DNA of 61,332 bases, filler included. It is 6 parts of 6 records of this genome, joined end to end, with 100 filler letters (N's around TTAATTAATTAA, not from the genome) between each part and the next. Parts side by side here need not be neighbours in the genome. Positions count along the whole stretch, not along the records: positions 30,271 to 37,733 come from SRR31156797_2695; positions 37,834 to 61,332 come from SRR31156797_2696; 4 more parts are not named here. One strand, given 5' to 3'. The position numbers and the translations under genes are program-made. Every line of letters starts with the position of its first letter. Position 1 is the first letter of the stretch. The notes under the pieces are model-generated. The model was not told the DNA's origin. It made no database searches and was given only the letters and a program-made list of their open reading frames with translations. Below, piece by piece: positions 30,888-40,186 of the stretch.

Positions 30888-33212
30888 TTATAAATTCCAC
30901 ATTTTAAATCGTTCATTAATTTTTTCAATATAGTTTTCCATAAATGCCCAATCAATATTTCCATCTTTTAAAATAGGTAAACGAATAGATTCTTCTTTTA
31001 ATTTTTTACCAGAAAGCATTGTATTAAAATTGTATTTAGATAATTTTTTTTGAAGAACTGTACAAATAAATAATGCATTTTTTTCATTTAACATATCACT
31101 ATATAATATTTTGATAGCTGAGCCTGCTCCTCCACGACCAACAAAGTCTTTATCTTGATAAAAAGAAAAACCTCCAATTGCAGATACAGTAATACATTTC
31201 CCTTTATCTAAAGTTTCATTTGTTTTCACATACTTTTCTATGCCATTATTAAAAGCACCAGATGCTACAAATGGTATATCTCCTTCTTCTAAATAGTCAG
31301 TTAACTTTCTAGCCTTGGGTTGAAGTAGTTTAAAAATTCCATCTTTGCCACAAATTGAGAATTTTTCCCACTCAACAGAATCAATACTTAAATTATCATT
31401 ACTAGATAATACATTTGTCTTTATAGTATCAATAAATTCTTTACTAATGTTATTTGTATTATTGTATAAGATAAAGTCAATTATTTTTGTTTTAAATTCA
31501 TTAGGTTCTATATTAGCCTTAAAAAGTTTATAATTTAAAACAATTTTTTTAAAATCATGCTCATTTATTTCAAATAATTCTTCCTCTGATTGATAACTTA
31601 AGTTTTCATTTGGATTAAGCCATTGAATACTACTATTTCCAGTTTGTGTATAAATTACATCAACCCAATACTTTTCAATCTCTTCCCATTTATTTCGTAT
31701 ATCTTGTCTTCCTTGATTTTTGATAGTTTCAAGTCCATCATTTAATATAGCACAAGCAAATATTTTTTTATCTGATTGAGGAATTCCACTTTTAAAAATA
31801 AATATACTTGTAGTTACCCCACTAAATATTTCATCAGGTAATTTAATAATTTTTATTAAAGAGTGTTTTTGAAGTATTTTTTTTGATTTACTAATATTAG
31901 CTTCAAGTTTATTGTCAGGCATAATAAAAGCACAAGTAATATCTCTATCAACACTATCTAGTACATTTGAAACTATATCTAAGCATCCATATTTATTCTC
32001 AAAGGGTGGATTCATCAATACTTTTGTAATCTTTTTACTTTTAATCCACTTTTTCGCTTCATTACTACGAGCATCTAATTGTTCAAGATTAGTTTTACCG
32101 TCTTTATGAATAAGCATATTTGCACAAGCTAAAGCATATATTTCTCTATCTAATTCTATACCAAAGAGTTGATTTCTTTTAATCTCTTTTGCTTTATTTG
32201 TTGAATTACCACCTACTTCTTTTATCATATTACACATTGCTTTAACAAGAAAGGCACCACTTCCACAAGCAGCATCAAGGATAAAATCATCACTATTGAC
32301 TTCTATAATTTTATACATTAAACTTGTAATGTGATCAGGCGTAAAAACTTGTCCACTTTCACTTTTACCTTTATATCTATTAAACTCATTGAAGAAGATT
32401 GCCATAACATCTTCACCATTCCAAAAATCACTATTAATATTATCACTTATATCACACACTGCTTCTATAAAGTCATCTATTGCATCTTGATTTTCATTAA
32501 TATTCATTTTAATTGAGGAGTAAGATTCAAGCAAAATATCTAGTTTAAAATTTTGTCTTCTTGCTTCTTCAAAACTTTTTGCTAAAGTTGTATGAATAGA
32601 AGTATGAAATGTAGTATAATTCATTCCCTTAATTAGTACAGAGCCATACCTTTTCGCTACTAATGCACACGCTGTAAATATCATTCGATGGTACAAGTTT
32701 TTTATTCCAAAGTTAAAATGAAGATTATTATTTATTCTTGCTGTAATATTATAAATTCTTTGTGTATCAATTTTATTTTCACTAAATAAGCTTAAGTAGT
32801 ACTCTTTATTTTTAAGTTCAGTTTCATTTTTAAAAAAAGTACCATTTTTAAAAATTTTAACTTCATATCCATTATATAAGATACCTATATGTTTTTTATA
32901 TTTTTTTCCTACAATTAACAAGTTTTTTAACAATTCATCAATATGAGATTTTTTAAGCTTAGACCTTTCACTTTTTGTTTCTAATATTATTGCTGGAAAA
33001 CTATTTTCATTTGGTAAATACCATCCATCTGGTCTATCTTTTATGCCTTTAAAACCTAATTGATTAAAAGGTGTAATTTGCCCAACTCCACTTATTGCAG
33101 TATCAGTATTTTCAAAACCTAATATTTCTCCTGCAATATCTCTTACTTCATCTTCAGTCATTTCTATATTTTTTTTTCTAATCTTTTCTATCTTTGTTTG
33201 AATTTTTATCAT
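30888..33212 (-). CDS. Fused restriction-modification-specificity enzyme (BcgI-like type IIB/IIG)
   Basis: N-terminal PD..ExK nuclease (RPDGWYLP...IILETK); N6-MTase motifs GQVFTP, LDAACGSGAF and VLMNPPF; C-terminal TRD (WEKFSI...GDIPFVASGAFNNGI...ITVS...IDWAFMENYI). Confidence 0.8.
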   Translation of the reverse strand: MIKIQTKIEKIRKKNIEMTEDEVRDIAGEILGFENTDTAISGVGQITPFNQLGFKGIKDRPDGWYLPNENSFPAIILETKSERSKLKKSHIDELLKNLLIVGKKYKKHIGILYNGYEVKIFKNGTFFKNETELKNKEYYLSLFSENKIDTQRIYNITARINNNLHFNFGIKNLYHRMIFTACALVAKRYGSVLIKGMNYTTFHTSIHTTLAKSFEEARRQNFKLDILLESYSSIKMNINENQDAIDDFIEAVCDISDNINSDFWNGEDVMAIFFNEFNRYKGKSESGQVFTPDHITSLMYKIIEVNSDDFILDAACGSGAFLVKAMCNMIKEVGGNSTNKAKEIKRNQLFGIELDREIYALACANMLIHKDGKTNLEQLDARSNEAKKWIKSKKITKVLMNPPFENKYGCLDIVSNVLDSVDRDITCAFIMPDNKLEANISKSKKILQKHSLIKIIKLPDEIFSGVTTSIFIFKSGIPQSDKKIFACAILNDGLETIKNQGRQDIRNKWEEIEKYWVDVIYTQTGNSSIQWLNPNENLSYQSEEELFEINEHDFKKIVLNYKLFKANIEPNEFKTKIIDFILYNNTNNISKEFIDTIKTNVLSSNDNLSIDSVEWEKFSICGKDGIFKLLQPKARKLTDYLEEGDIPFVASGAFNNGIEKYVKTNETLDKGKCITVSAIGGFSFYQDKDFVGRGGAGSAIKILYSDMLNEKNALFICTVLQKKLSKYNFNTMLSGKKLKEESIRLPILKDGNIDWAFMENYIEKINERFKMWNL

Positions 33213-33701
33213 TATATCTCTTTTAATATTTTATTTATTACTTTCTAAATTCTTTACTTTCTCGTTGATTTTTTGTATTTCAATAAACATATCTTTTAGA
33301 ACTTTTCCTAAGTCCTCAAAATCATCAGCACAATTTTTAGATTCTTCTTCTTTTAATAATCCTAACTCAATAATCTTTATTAGTTTAGGTTTGTTTTTTT
33401 CAACTTTAACTTCACCAGCACCTTATCTCTTTTCATTTCTTATGAATATAATTAATCTATATAAAGTTTCATTTATAAACCAATCATTTCAACTATCAGA
33501 GACTAAAAAATAAGTTTAATTATAACCCGTATATTAAGGAGCCAATAATAAAATTTATTTAATGCCTTTTAATTAAAATAACTAATTCTAGCAAAAGAGT
33601 ACTAATAATCATCTATAAAATTATAAAAGCTTGTATTTTCAATCATTTAAAAGGAAACAAATAAAATACCGTAAATTATTGATTGATTAATATAACTCCC
33701 T

Positions 33702-34007
33702 TTAACTCAACAATTTTCTTTCAAACCATTTTACTTTATCCTCAAAGTTTTTTATACTAGTTGACATATCATTTAATGAGTTCATTAGGCTAACTTTATT
33801 TATCTTCTCATCTTCTATATTTACTTCTATACCACTACTAATAGTAGAAATAATACAAAGTTCACTTCTTAACTCTTTTATTAAGTTTTTTGTCAACTCT
33901 TCTTTATGAGAACTTATCTCATAAACTTTTTGTCTTAAATATCTTATTTGTCTAAAAAGTTCTACTATAAGAACTAAGGCTATCAGCATAATTACAATTT
34001 CTAACAT
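33702..34007 (-). CDS. Hypothetical protein with an N-terminal TM helix and coiled coil
   Basis: 101-aa ORF with AAGG upstream and a hydrophobic N-terminus. Confidence 0.6.
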   Translation of the reverse strand: MLEIVIMLIALVLIVELFRQIRYLRQKVYEISSHKEELTKNLIKELRSELCIISTISSGIEVNIEDEKINKVSLMNSLNDMSTSIKNFEDKVKWFERKLLS

Positions 34008-34102
34008 ATGTATACCTTTTAAAAAGTATTTAACTTTATATATAAAGTTACTACTAAAATCCTAACGATATATAATTTAAAAACTTCTTATGTAGAGGCA
34101 AG

Positions 34103-34357
34103 ATGAAAGAAATAAAAAATTTAGATGAAGATTATATTCAAAATTTATATATCAAAATTGGTCAAAATGTTAAAAGAATAAGAAAAGAAAAAAAAGTTTC
34201 TCAACTAAGCCTTGCTCATGCTATCGGTCATAAATCAGTAACTGTTATTTCATGTTGTGAGATTTGTCACAAGAATTATCACTTTAATATTGAACATCTT
34301 GCAAAAATTGCTTATGTTTTAGAAGTAGATATAAATGAGTTTTTTAAAGATATTTAA
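34103..34357 (+). CDS. XRE-family HTH regulator
   Basis: IGQNVKRIRKEKKVSQLSLA...NIEHLAKIAYVLEVDINEFF. Confidence 0.85.
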   Translation: MKEIKNLDEDYIQNLYIKIGQNVKRIRKEKKVSQLSLAHAIGHKSVTVISCCEICHKNYHFNIEHLAKIAYVLEVDINEFFKDI

Positions 34358-34665
34358 ATCTTTAAAAACCCAGCTTTAGAAAGCACGCTTAACTCTTCAT
34401 TTATATTAAATATTTTTGAATTGATATTATCATATCCAAAAGATTGTAGTCTCTTTGTATGTTTGTCTAAATATCTATTTGCATCTTCAAGATTATTAAA
34501 TACATAAATACCTCCTGCTTCTTTAGTCTCTTCATTTTCAGTCCAGATTTTAAACTCTAAGCCCTCTTCTGTAGCAATATCTTTTGCTAGGTCAGCCATA
34601 GTTTCGCTCATTTCTTTGCCAAAAGGTCCATTATGAGGAAAATCGATTTGTAATAAATATTTCAT
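34354..34665 (-). CDS. ydhR: YdhR-family putative monooxygenase
   Basis: LLQIDFPHNGPFG, KIWTENEETKEAGGIY, HTKRL. Confidence 0.85.
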   Translation of the reverse strand: MKYLLQIDFPHNGPFGKEMSETMADLAKDIATEEGLEFKIWTENEETKEAGGIYVFNNLEDANRYLDKHTKRLQSFGYDNINSKIFNINEELSVLSKAGFLKI

Positions 34666-34713
34666 TTGTAATTCCTAAACTTTTTCGATATAATAACCAA
34701 AAATAATAAATTT

Positions 34714-34730
34714 TGTCAACTAGGTTTACA
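34714..34730. promoter_or_regulatory. Probable MarR operator between ydhR and marR
   Basis: Imperfect palindrome TGTCAAC-tag-GTTTACA abutting the marR ATG at 34731. Confidence 0.5.
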
Positions 34731-35156
34731 ATGTCAATATGCTTTTTATCACTTGAAACAAGTAAAGTCTTTAATCAACTTATTCTAAAACACTTAGAAG
34801 AAGTAGGATATGAGAGTATTTCTATGTCAAGCTTACTTATCTTTCCATACTTGCAAAAAAGTGATAAACAGTCAATATCAACTCTTGCAAAGGAGCTTAA
34901 CCAATCAAGACAAGCTACCCACAAAAGTATAAAAAAGCTTGAAGAGTTAGACTACATAAAACTAGTACAAGAGAAAAACAAAAAAGAGATAAATATCTCT
35001 TTGACAAAAAAAGGAAATGCTTTATTAGAAGAAGCAAATAGTTTTATAGAAAAACTACAATCACAGCTGACAAAAATAGTTGGGAAAAAAGAGTTAGAGC
35101 AATTTATTGAAAATCAGAATATTATTTTTGATTATTTAAATTCAAAGTTAGACTAA
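34731..35156 (+). CDS. MarR-family regulator, divergent from ydhR
   Basis: SISTLAKELNQSRQATHKSIKKLEELDYI...ISLTKKG. Confidence 0.85.
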   Translation: MSICFLSLETSKVFNQLILKHLEEVGYESISMSSLLIFPYLQKSDKQSISTLAKELNQSRQATHKSIKKLEELDYIKLVQEKNKKEINISLTKKGNALLEEANSFIEKLQSQLTKIVGKKELEQFIENQNIIFDYLNSKLD

Positions 35157-35224
35157 AACACCATGTGTTTAAGAGTATCTTAATCTGAAAAAACATATAT
35201 TACATTTAGTGTGTAGGAGTAAAA

Positions 35225-36127
35225 TTGATTATGAAAATTAAAAAGCTAATTGATTCATTAGACTTAATATATTATGAATATGATCCAAAAACAAATATAA
35301 TCAAACCAGACAATAAATACTGCAATCAACACACCCAAAGAGAATTTACAAAAATCACATTTTATTTATCAAAAAAACACATTCAATTTGATGTTTTACC
35401 TGATAAAGCTATCATAGTAAACGGGAAAAATTCAATCATGTCAAGAATAAAAAGAGCATATAACTCTATCGCTGAAGATATTAAAAATAGTAGAAAAAAC
35501 ATTTTCGTACTTAGCAACAAAAAAGTAAAGTGGGCTAAAAACATCCCTCTATTTGAAATCAAATTTATTAAAAAAGATATAAACTTAGAAAAGTATGATG
35601 CTTTAATCTTCACTTCTAAAAATGCAATTGAGTCTATAAACTCATTTAACAAATCATGGAAAAAGATTCCTGCATATGTGATTTCACCACAAAGTGCAAA
35701 GCTTGTTAGAAATCTAAACGGTAGATTAGAGTTTGTAGGAAAAGAAAAACACGGTGATAAGTTCGCCGAAGAGATAGCAGAAGATTTAAAAGATAAAAAG
35801 GTTTTATACCTAAGAGGTGAGAAAACTGTTTCAAGACTTGTTGATATTTTAAGAGAACAAGGTATCAACTGTGATGAAGAGTCTATTTATGAAAACAATT
35901 TTAAAAAGATAGATAAGAAAGTAAACTTTCCAAAAGGTTCAAAGATAATCTTCTCTTCACCTTCAACTATTGAGTACTTTTTCAAAAACTTTGAATGGGA
36001 TAATAGTTTTTATGCTATTTCTATTGGACAGACAACTGCAAAGCACTTTCCAAAAAATATAAAACCACTTATTGCAGATGATACTTCAATAGAAGCTTGT
36101 GTGCAAAAAGCCATCGAAGTTGAATAA
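35225..36127 (+). CDS. hemD: Uroporphyrinogen-III synthase with an N-terminal extension of about 90 aa
   Basis: YDALIFTSKNAI, VLYLRG, IIFSSPSTI, ISIGQTTA. Confidence 0.8.
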   Translation: MIMKIKKLIDSLDLIYYEYDPKTNIIKPDNKYCNQHTQREFTKITFYLSKKHIQFDVLPDKAIIVNGKNSIMSRIKRAYNSIAEDIKNSRKNIFVLSNKKVKWAKNIPLFEIKFIKKDINLEKYDALIFTSKNAIESINSFNKSWKKIPAYVISPQSAKLVRNLNGRLEFVGKEKHGDKFAEEIAEDLKDKKVLYLRGEKTVSRLVDILREQGINCDEESIYENNFKKIDKKVNFPKGSKIIFSSPSTIEYFFKNFEWDNSFYAISIGQTTAKHFPKNIKPLIADDTSIEACVQKAIEVE

Positions 36128-37019
36128 TCCAGTTCTACAAGGTCACTTCTATATACTTTTAGCCACTGTTTTAATTGGTGGCTCTTTTATAGCTGTTGAA
36201 AACCTAGCAGGACTTATTGACCCTTTTTCACTTATTTTACTTAGATTTTTAGTGTCAGCTATCATCTTAGCTCCTTTTGTTTTAGTAAGTAAAAAAAATA
36301 GAGCTATGATAATACCTAGTTTAGGAAGAGGAGCTATCTTAAGCTCTTTTTATGCAGGCTTCTTTGTCTTGCAACTTATTGCACTAGAGACAACAACTGC
36401 TTTAAATACAGGGGCTTTATACACCCTAACTCCTTTACTAACAGCACTTCTTAGTATCTTTTTCTTTAAAGACAAAATTAGTCTAAGACAATATCTTATT
36501 TTCTTTGTAGCTGCTATTAGTACTTGTGGTGTTATTTTTAAAGGTAGTTTAGATTTACTTCTATCTTTTTCTTTAAACAATGGTGACCTTGTATTTTTTG
36601 CAAGTATGTTTTTGATGGCATTTTATTCAATCTTTTTAAAGACACTTCAAAGGGATGAAAAACCTATAGTAATGGTATTTTCTATTTTACTTGGTGGTTC
36701 ATTTTGGATGGCTATTATTTTACTAATATTTGACATACCTTTAAACTGGCACTTAGTAAAAGGAGAGTTTGCTATAAATATTGCTTACTTAATAGTTATG
36801 ACAACACTATTTACTCTATACCTTTACCAAAAAGCAACAACAGTTTTAAACCCAAAAATTATCATGTCATATACTTATATCAACCCTGCAGTGGTTGCTA
36901 TTTTAGTATCAGTTTTAAGTGATGTAAATCTTGGGTTTAAAGTTTGGTTCTTTATTGTGATTTCTTGTATGGTAACTGTGCTACTTCAATATATACTTCA
37001 TAAAGAGAAGAAAATCTAA
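36099..37019 (+). CDS. DMT/EamA family transporter
   Basis: About ten hydrophobic segments, LLRF, TTTALNTGALYTLTPL, YTYINP. Confidence 0.88.
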   Translation: MCKKPSKLNNPVLQGHFYILLATVLIGGSFIAVENLAGLIDPFSLILLRFLVSAIILAPFVLVSKKNRAMIIPSLGRGAILSSFYAGFFVLQLIALETTTALNTGALYTLTPLLTALLSIFFFKDKISLRQYLIFFVAAISTCGVIFKGSLDLLLSFSLNNGDLVFFASMFLMAFYSIFLKTLQRDEKPIVMVFSILLGGSFWMAIILLIFDIPLNWHLVKGEFAINIAYLIVMTTLFTLYLYQKATTVLNPKIIMSYTYINPAVVAILVSVLSDVNLGFKVWFFIVISCMVTVLLQYILHKEKKI

Positions 37020-37733
37020 GCTTCCTCTTCAAACTTTTGAACTAGCTTTTGTTTTCCAAACTCTACTCCTGGTTGGTTATAAACATTTATCATAAGCATT
37101 TGTCCAACACTTGAAGTTAGAAGTTCATAGTAAGCTATAAGTATCCCTATATTTTGAGCTGAGATTCTATCTAAAACTATCATATCAGCAGGAATCTCAT
37201 TTTCTAAGATTGTCTCATAGGTTGCATTGCACTCTTCATTTAGTAGTTCGTTAAAAGAGTGGTTGTTTATGTAGTCTGTTTTTTCTAAGTATTTTAGTTT
37301 TATATCTGGGATTTTGGCTCTTTTTTTAAAGTCCTCTACTTTTATAACTGTTACTGTTTTATCTTTTGGACCTTGTAAAATAAGCTGTAAAAAAGAGTGT
37401 TGGTCAACTGAACCTACAAGATGTACAGGTGTTAGCCCTACACTATTTCCTAGCATATCATGCTTACCTAAAGACTCACCCCAAAGTTGAACATACCATT
37501 GATTGAAATAAGTAAATAAAGAGGAGTAAGAAAATAAAACATTGATAGGATACTTCTTTGCAAGTTTAGAGTAAAAGTAGGCTTTTTTTAGTATTTTCTT
37601 CTCTTTAAATTCAAAGAAAGAGTTTATCAAACCTTTTGCTCCATCTAAAAGCTCTTTTACATCAATTCCAACTAAAGCTAAAGGCACAATTCCAACAGCA
37701 GATAAAACAGAAAATCTTCCACCTACATTTTTA
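37016..37733 (-). CDS. pgi: Glucose-6-phosphate isomerase (5'-truncated)
   Basis: NVGGRFSVLSAVG, QLWGESLGK, VDQHSFLQL, NQPGVEFGK. Confidence 0.93.
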
Positions 37734-37833
37734 NNNNNNNNNNNNNNNNNNNNNNNNNNNNNNNNNNNNNNNNNNNNTTAATTAATTAANNNNNNNNNNN
37801 NNNNNNNNNNNNNNNNNNNNNNNNNNNNNNNNN
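37734..37833. other. Artificial contig spacer
   Basis: N-run, TTAATTAATTAA, N-run. Confidence 0.97.
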
Positions 37834-38472
37834 AAAAACTTTATGCCAATGATGATGATTTAATCCAGCGTAGTGAAAGAATAAATTTTCAGCTGATATT
37901 CCTAGAAGCTCTGACTCTGATGAAGTATGACCAATTGGGACATTACAAAGTCCGACAACTTTTTCAAACTTTCCATACTTCATAACTGCTTCAGTGACCA
38001 TTCCTGATGGATTGGTAAAGTTTACAAGCCATGCATTAGGACAAAGTTCTTTCATGTCATTAACAATATCTAAGATAACCGGAACAGTTCTAAATGCTTT
38101 AAACATACCACCTGCTCCATTTGTTTCTTGTCCTATAACTCCATGACTTAGGGGAATTCTTTCATCTTTTATCCTTGCATCAAGTAATCCAACTCTAAAT
38201 TGAGTAGATACAAAGTCAGCATTTTTTAGAGCTTTTTTTCTATCAAGGGTCAAATAAATTTTCCAGTCAAGTCCAGCTTCTTTAACCATTCTTTTAGCTA
38301 AACTTCCAACAATTTCTAATTTCTCCTTTCCTTCTTCGATATCAACAAGCCAAATTTCATCAATAGGAAGTTCATCTTTTCTCTTTATATACCCTTCTAT
38401 TAATTCCGGTGTATAACTAGATCCTCCCCCAATAGTAACAATCTTAATTTTTTCTTTTCTTAGTAGATTCAA
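37834..38472 (-). CDS. celF: GH4 6-phospho-beta-glucosidase (3'-truncated)
   Basis: KIVTIGGGSSYTPEL, QFRVG, GQETNGAGG, NFTNPSG, GLCNVP; TTG start with GAAGGAGG upstream. Confidence 0.9.
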
Positions 38473-38496
38473 ATTAATTTCCTCCTTCAGTTATAA

Positions 38497-38564
38497 AAAA
38501 GACTTTTAAAAAGACTTTTAATAAGTTATAATAAAAATATAGCTGATAATTATTTAAAAGTCAA
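38497..38564 (-). promoter_or_regulatory. celF promoter with a tandem direct-repeat site
   Basis: Minus strand TTGACT (38559-38564), 17 bp, TATATT (38536-38541). Perfect tandem AAAAGACTTTTA x2 at 38497-38520. Confidence 0.6.
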
Positions 38565-38619
38565 GAAGTTTGAGAAAATTAATAGATGTAATACATGAAT
38601 TAAGTAAAAAAAAACTGTA

Positions 38620-38646
38620 AAGACTCCTTAAAAATAAAGGAGTCTT
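38620..38646. terminator. Hairpin downstream of the Rep_3-like gene
   Basis: AAGACTCCTT-7 nt-AAGGAGTCTT with a T-rich tract following on the minus strand. Confidence 0.6.
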
Positions 38647-38673
38647 AATGAAAAAAGAGAAAGAAGATATTTA

Positions 38674-39834
38674 TCAATATTTTGAAAGGTATATTTCAAT
38701 AATACTATTTTTTGCTCTATGAAATGTAACGTTAATATTGGCTTTATCATTTTCTAGAAAAGAAGATTCACCATCTTTTAAGAGATAAATTTTTTTATCA
38801 AAAGTTATCGATGACATATGTTCTTCTATTAAATGTTCTAAATTCATTTTATATAGAATTTTATTTAACTCCTCTTGAAGTTGATAAGCTTTTCTTACTT
38901 TGATTTCGAAAACATGATGATTTTTATTTTTTAAATTTTTCAGATATATGTTTTCTTTCAAAGCTTTGATGGCAAATTCATCGAAATTGTCAGAATAATT
39001 TGTTTTAGCAAATAGAATATTTTTTTTAACATAATCAAAATTGTGTTTTTTTAAATTATCTAATATTGCTTCATAAACGACATTAAAATCAATAATTGAA
39101 TCTTTAATTAAATTGATAATATCATTTGTAGAATTTTTCAAAATTTTCAAATTTTTATTAATATATTGAAATTTTATACCTGAAACTTTTGAAGACTTAA
39201 AGCAACCACATTTTTTCTTAAAGTATGTGATTTTGTATTTTGAAAAACAGTTTAAATCATTAATTATGGGAGTTATGACTTTTCTTTCAAAATCATAGAA
39301 TCTATCGTATGAATTTTCAACTTCTAACATTTTTTTTAGTTCATCTAAAGAAAACTCTATAGAACCTTCATCTTTTTTTGTTGCTAAAAGCTTCAAATAT
39401 ATTATTAGAGATAAAGAATACTTAAAATCAAAAATAGTTTTTAAGTTCACTTTGTTAAAAAAATTATTTTTATCAAAGGATAAAAGGACTTCTTTAGATA
39501 AGATGAATATTATTTTATTTTTTTGAATAAAGTATGAGTTTAGAATATTAAAAGCACCTTGATAAAGATTATTTTCATCATCTTTAAAAGAATAATAGAT
39601 TTTTAAGTTTAAAAATTTATCAAGATATTTAATTAATTCTTCATTACTGCTTAAGCAGAGAAGTTTTAGTAAGTTTTTTTCTTCTATCTCAAGAAAATAT
39701 TCTTTTTGTTTTGAATAATTTTCAAATAGATATCTAAAAAACAGTTTTTCGTTTTTACTAATTTTTTTTTTAGATGTAATAATGAAATCTCTAAAATTAT
39801 TTTCATAATCTGAATAATTTAAATTGAAAATCAA
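38674..39834 (-). CDS. Rep_3/RepB-like winged-helix protein in a chromosomal context
   Basis: FDFKYSLSLIIYLKL, IEFSLDELKKMLEVENSYDRFYDFERKVITPIINDLN...KITYFKKK...KVSGIKF (WH2 signature of Rep_3 initiators), plus a C-terminal extension of about 160 aa. Confidence 0.8.
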   Translation of the reverse strand: MIFNLNYSDYENNFRDFIITSKKKISKNEKLFFRYLFENYSKQKEYFLEIEEKNLLKLLCLSSNEELIKYLDKFLNLKIYYSFKDDENNLYQGAFNILNSYFIQKNKIIFILSKEVLLSFDKNNFFNKVNLKTIFDFKYSLSLIIYLKLLATKKDEGSIEFSLDELKKMLEVENSYDRFYDFERKVITPIINDLNCFSKYKITYFKKKCGCFKSSKVSGIKFQYINKNLKILKNSTNDIINLIKDSIIDFNVVYEAILDNLKKHNFDYVKKNILFAKTNYSDNFDEFAIKALKENIYLKNLKNKNHHVFEIKVRKAYQLQEELNKILYKMNLEHLIEEHMSSITFDKKIYLLKDGESSFLENDKANINVTFHRAKNSIIEIYLSKY

Positions 39835-40070
39835 AATGTATCCCCCTTAAAATTTGCTAATATTAATTATATTAAACTAAAATTGCAAAAAAATCATAAA
39901 AAATTAAAAAAAATTTTTTTTTTTATAGATACTGTATCATATACAAGACGAAAATTGAAAGCTTTATTTTTTCGTCTAGTGCTGTTGTGTTATTAAAAAC
40001 AGGAGTAAAAATATCAACAAAGAAAACAAACGCATCAATCGAACGACAACAGAACAAAAAAAACGGAAAT

Positions 40071-40099
40071 TTGACACAAATGATTCTAAAATGTATACT
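40071..40099 (+). promoter_or_regulatory. Sigma70 promoter of the PTS operon
   Basis: TTGACA (40071-40076), 17 bp, TATACT (40094-40099). Confidence 0.7.
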
Positions 40100-40186
40100 T
40101 GTGATGTTATAAGCTGAACGAATAAAAAAAGTTTTAATTTGCTTTAGCTTAAAAAATAAAATAATTTGAAGAAGGAGTGGTAATTT

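Noticed and set aside
6087-33212. One large defence island containing Mrr, type I and BcgI-like systems
   Set aside because: The systems lie on different contigs from different organisms.
38473-40186. A plasmid origin around the Rep_3-like gene
   Set aside because: No array of four or more ~20-bp iterons, no clear DnaA boxes and no partition or mobilisation genes; the flanks are metabolic genes.
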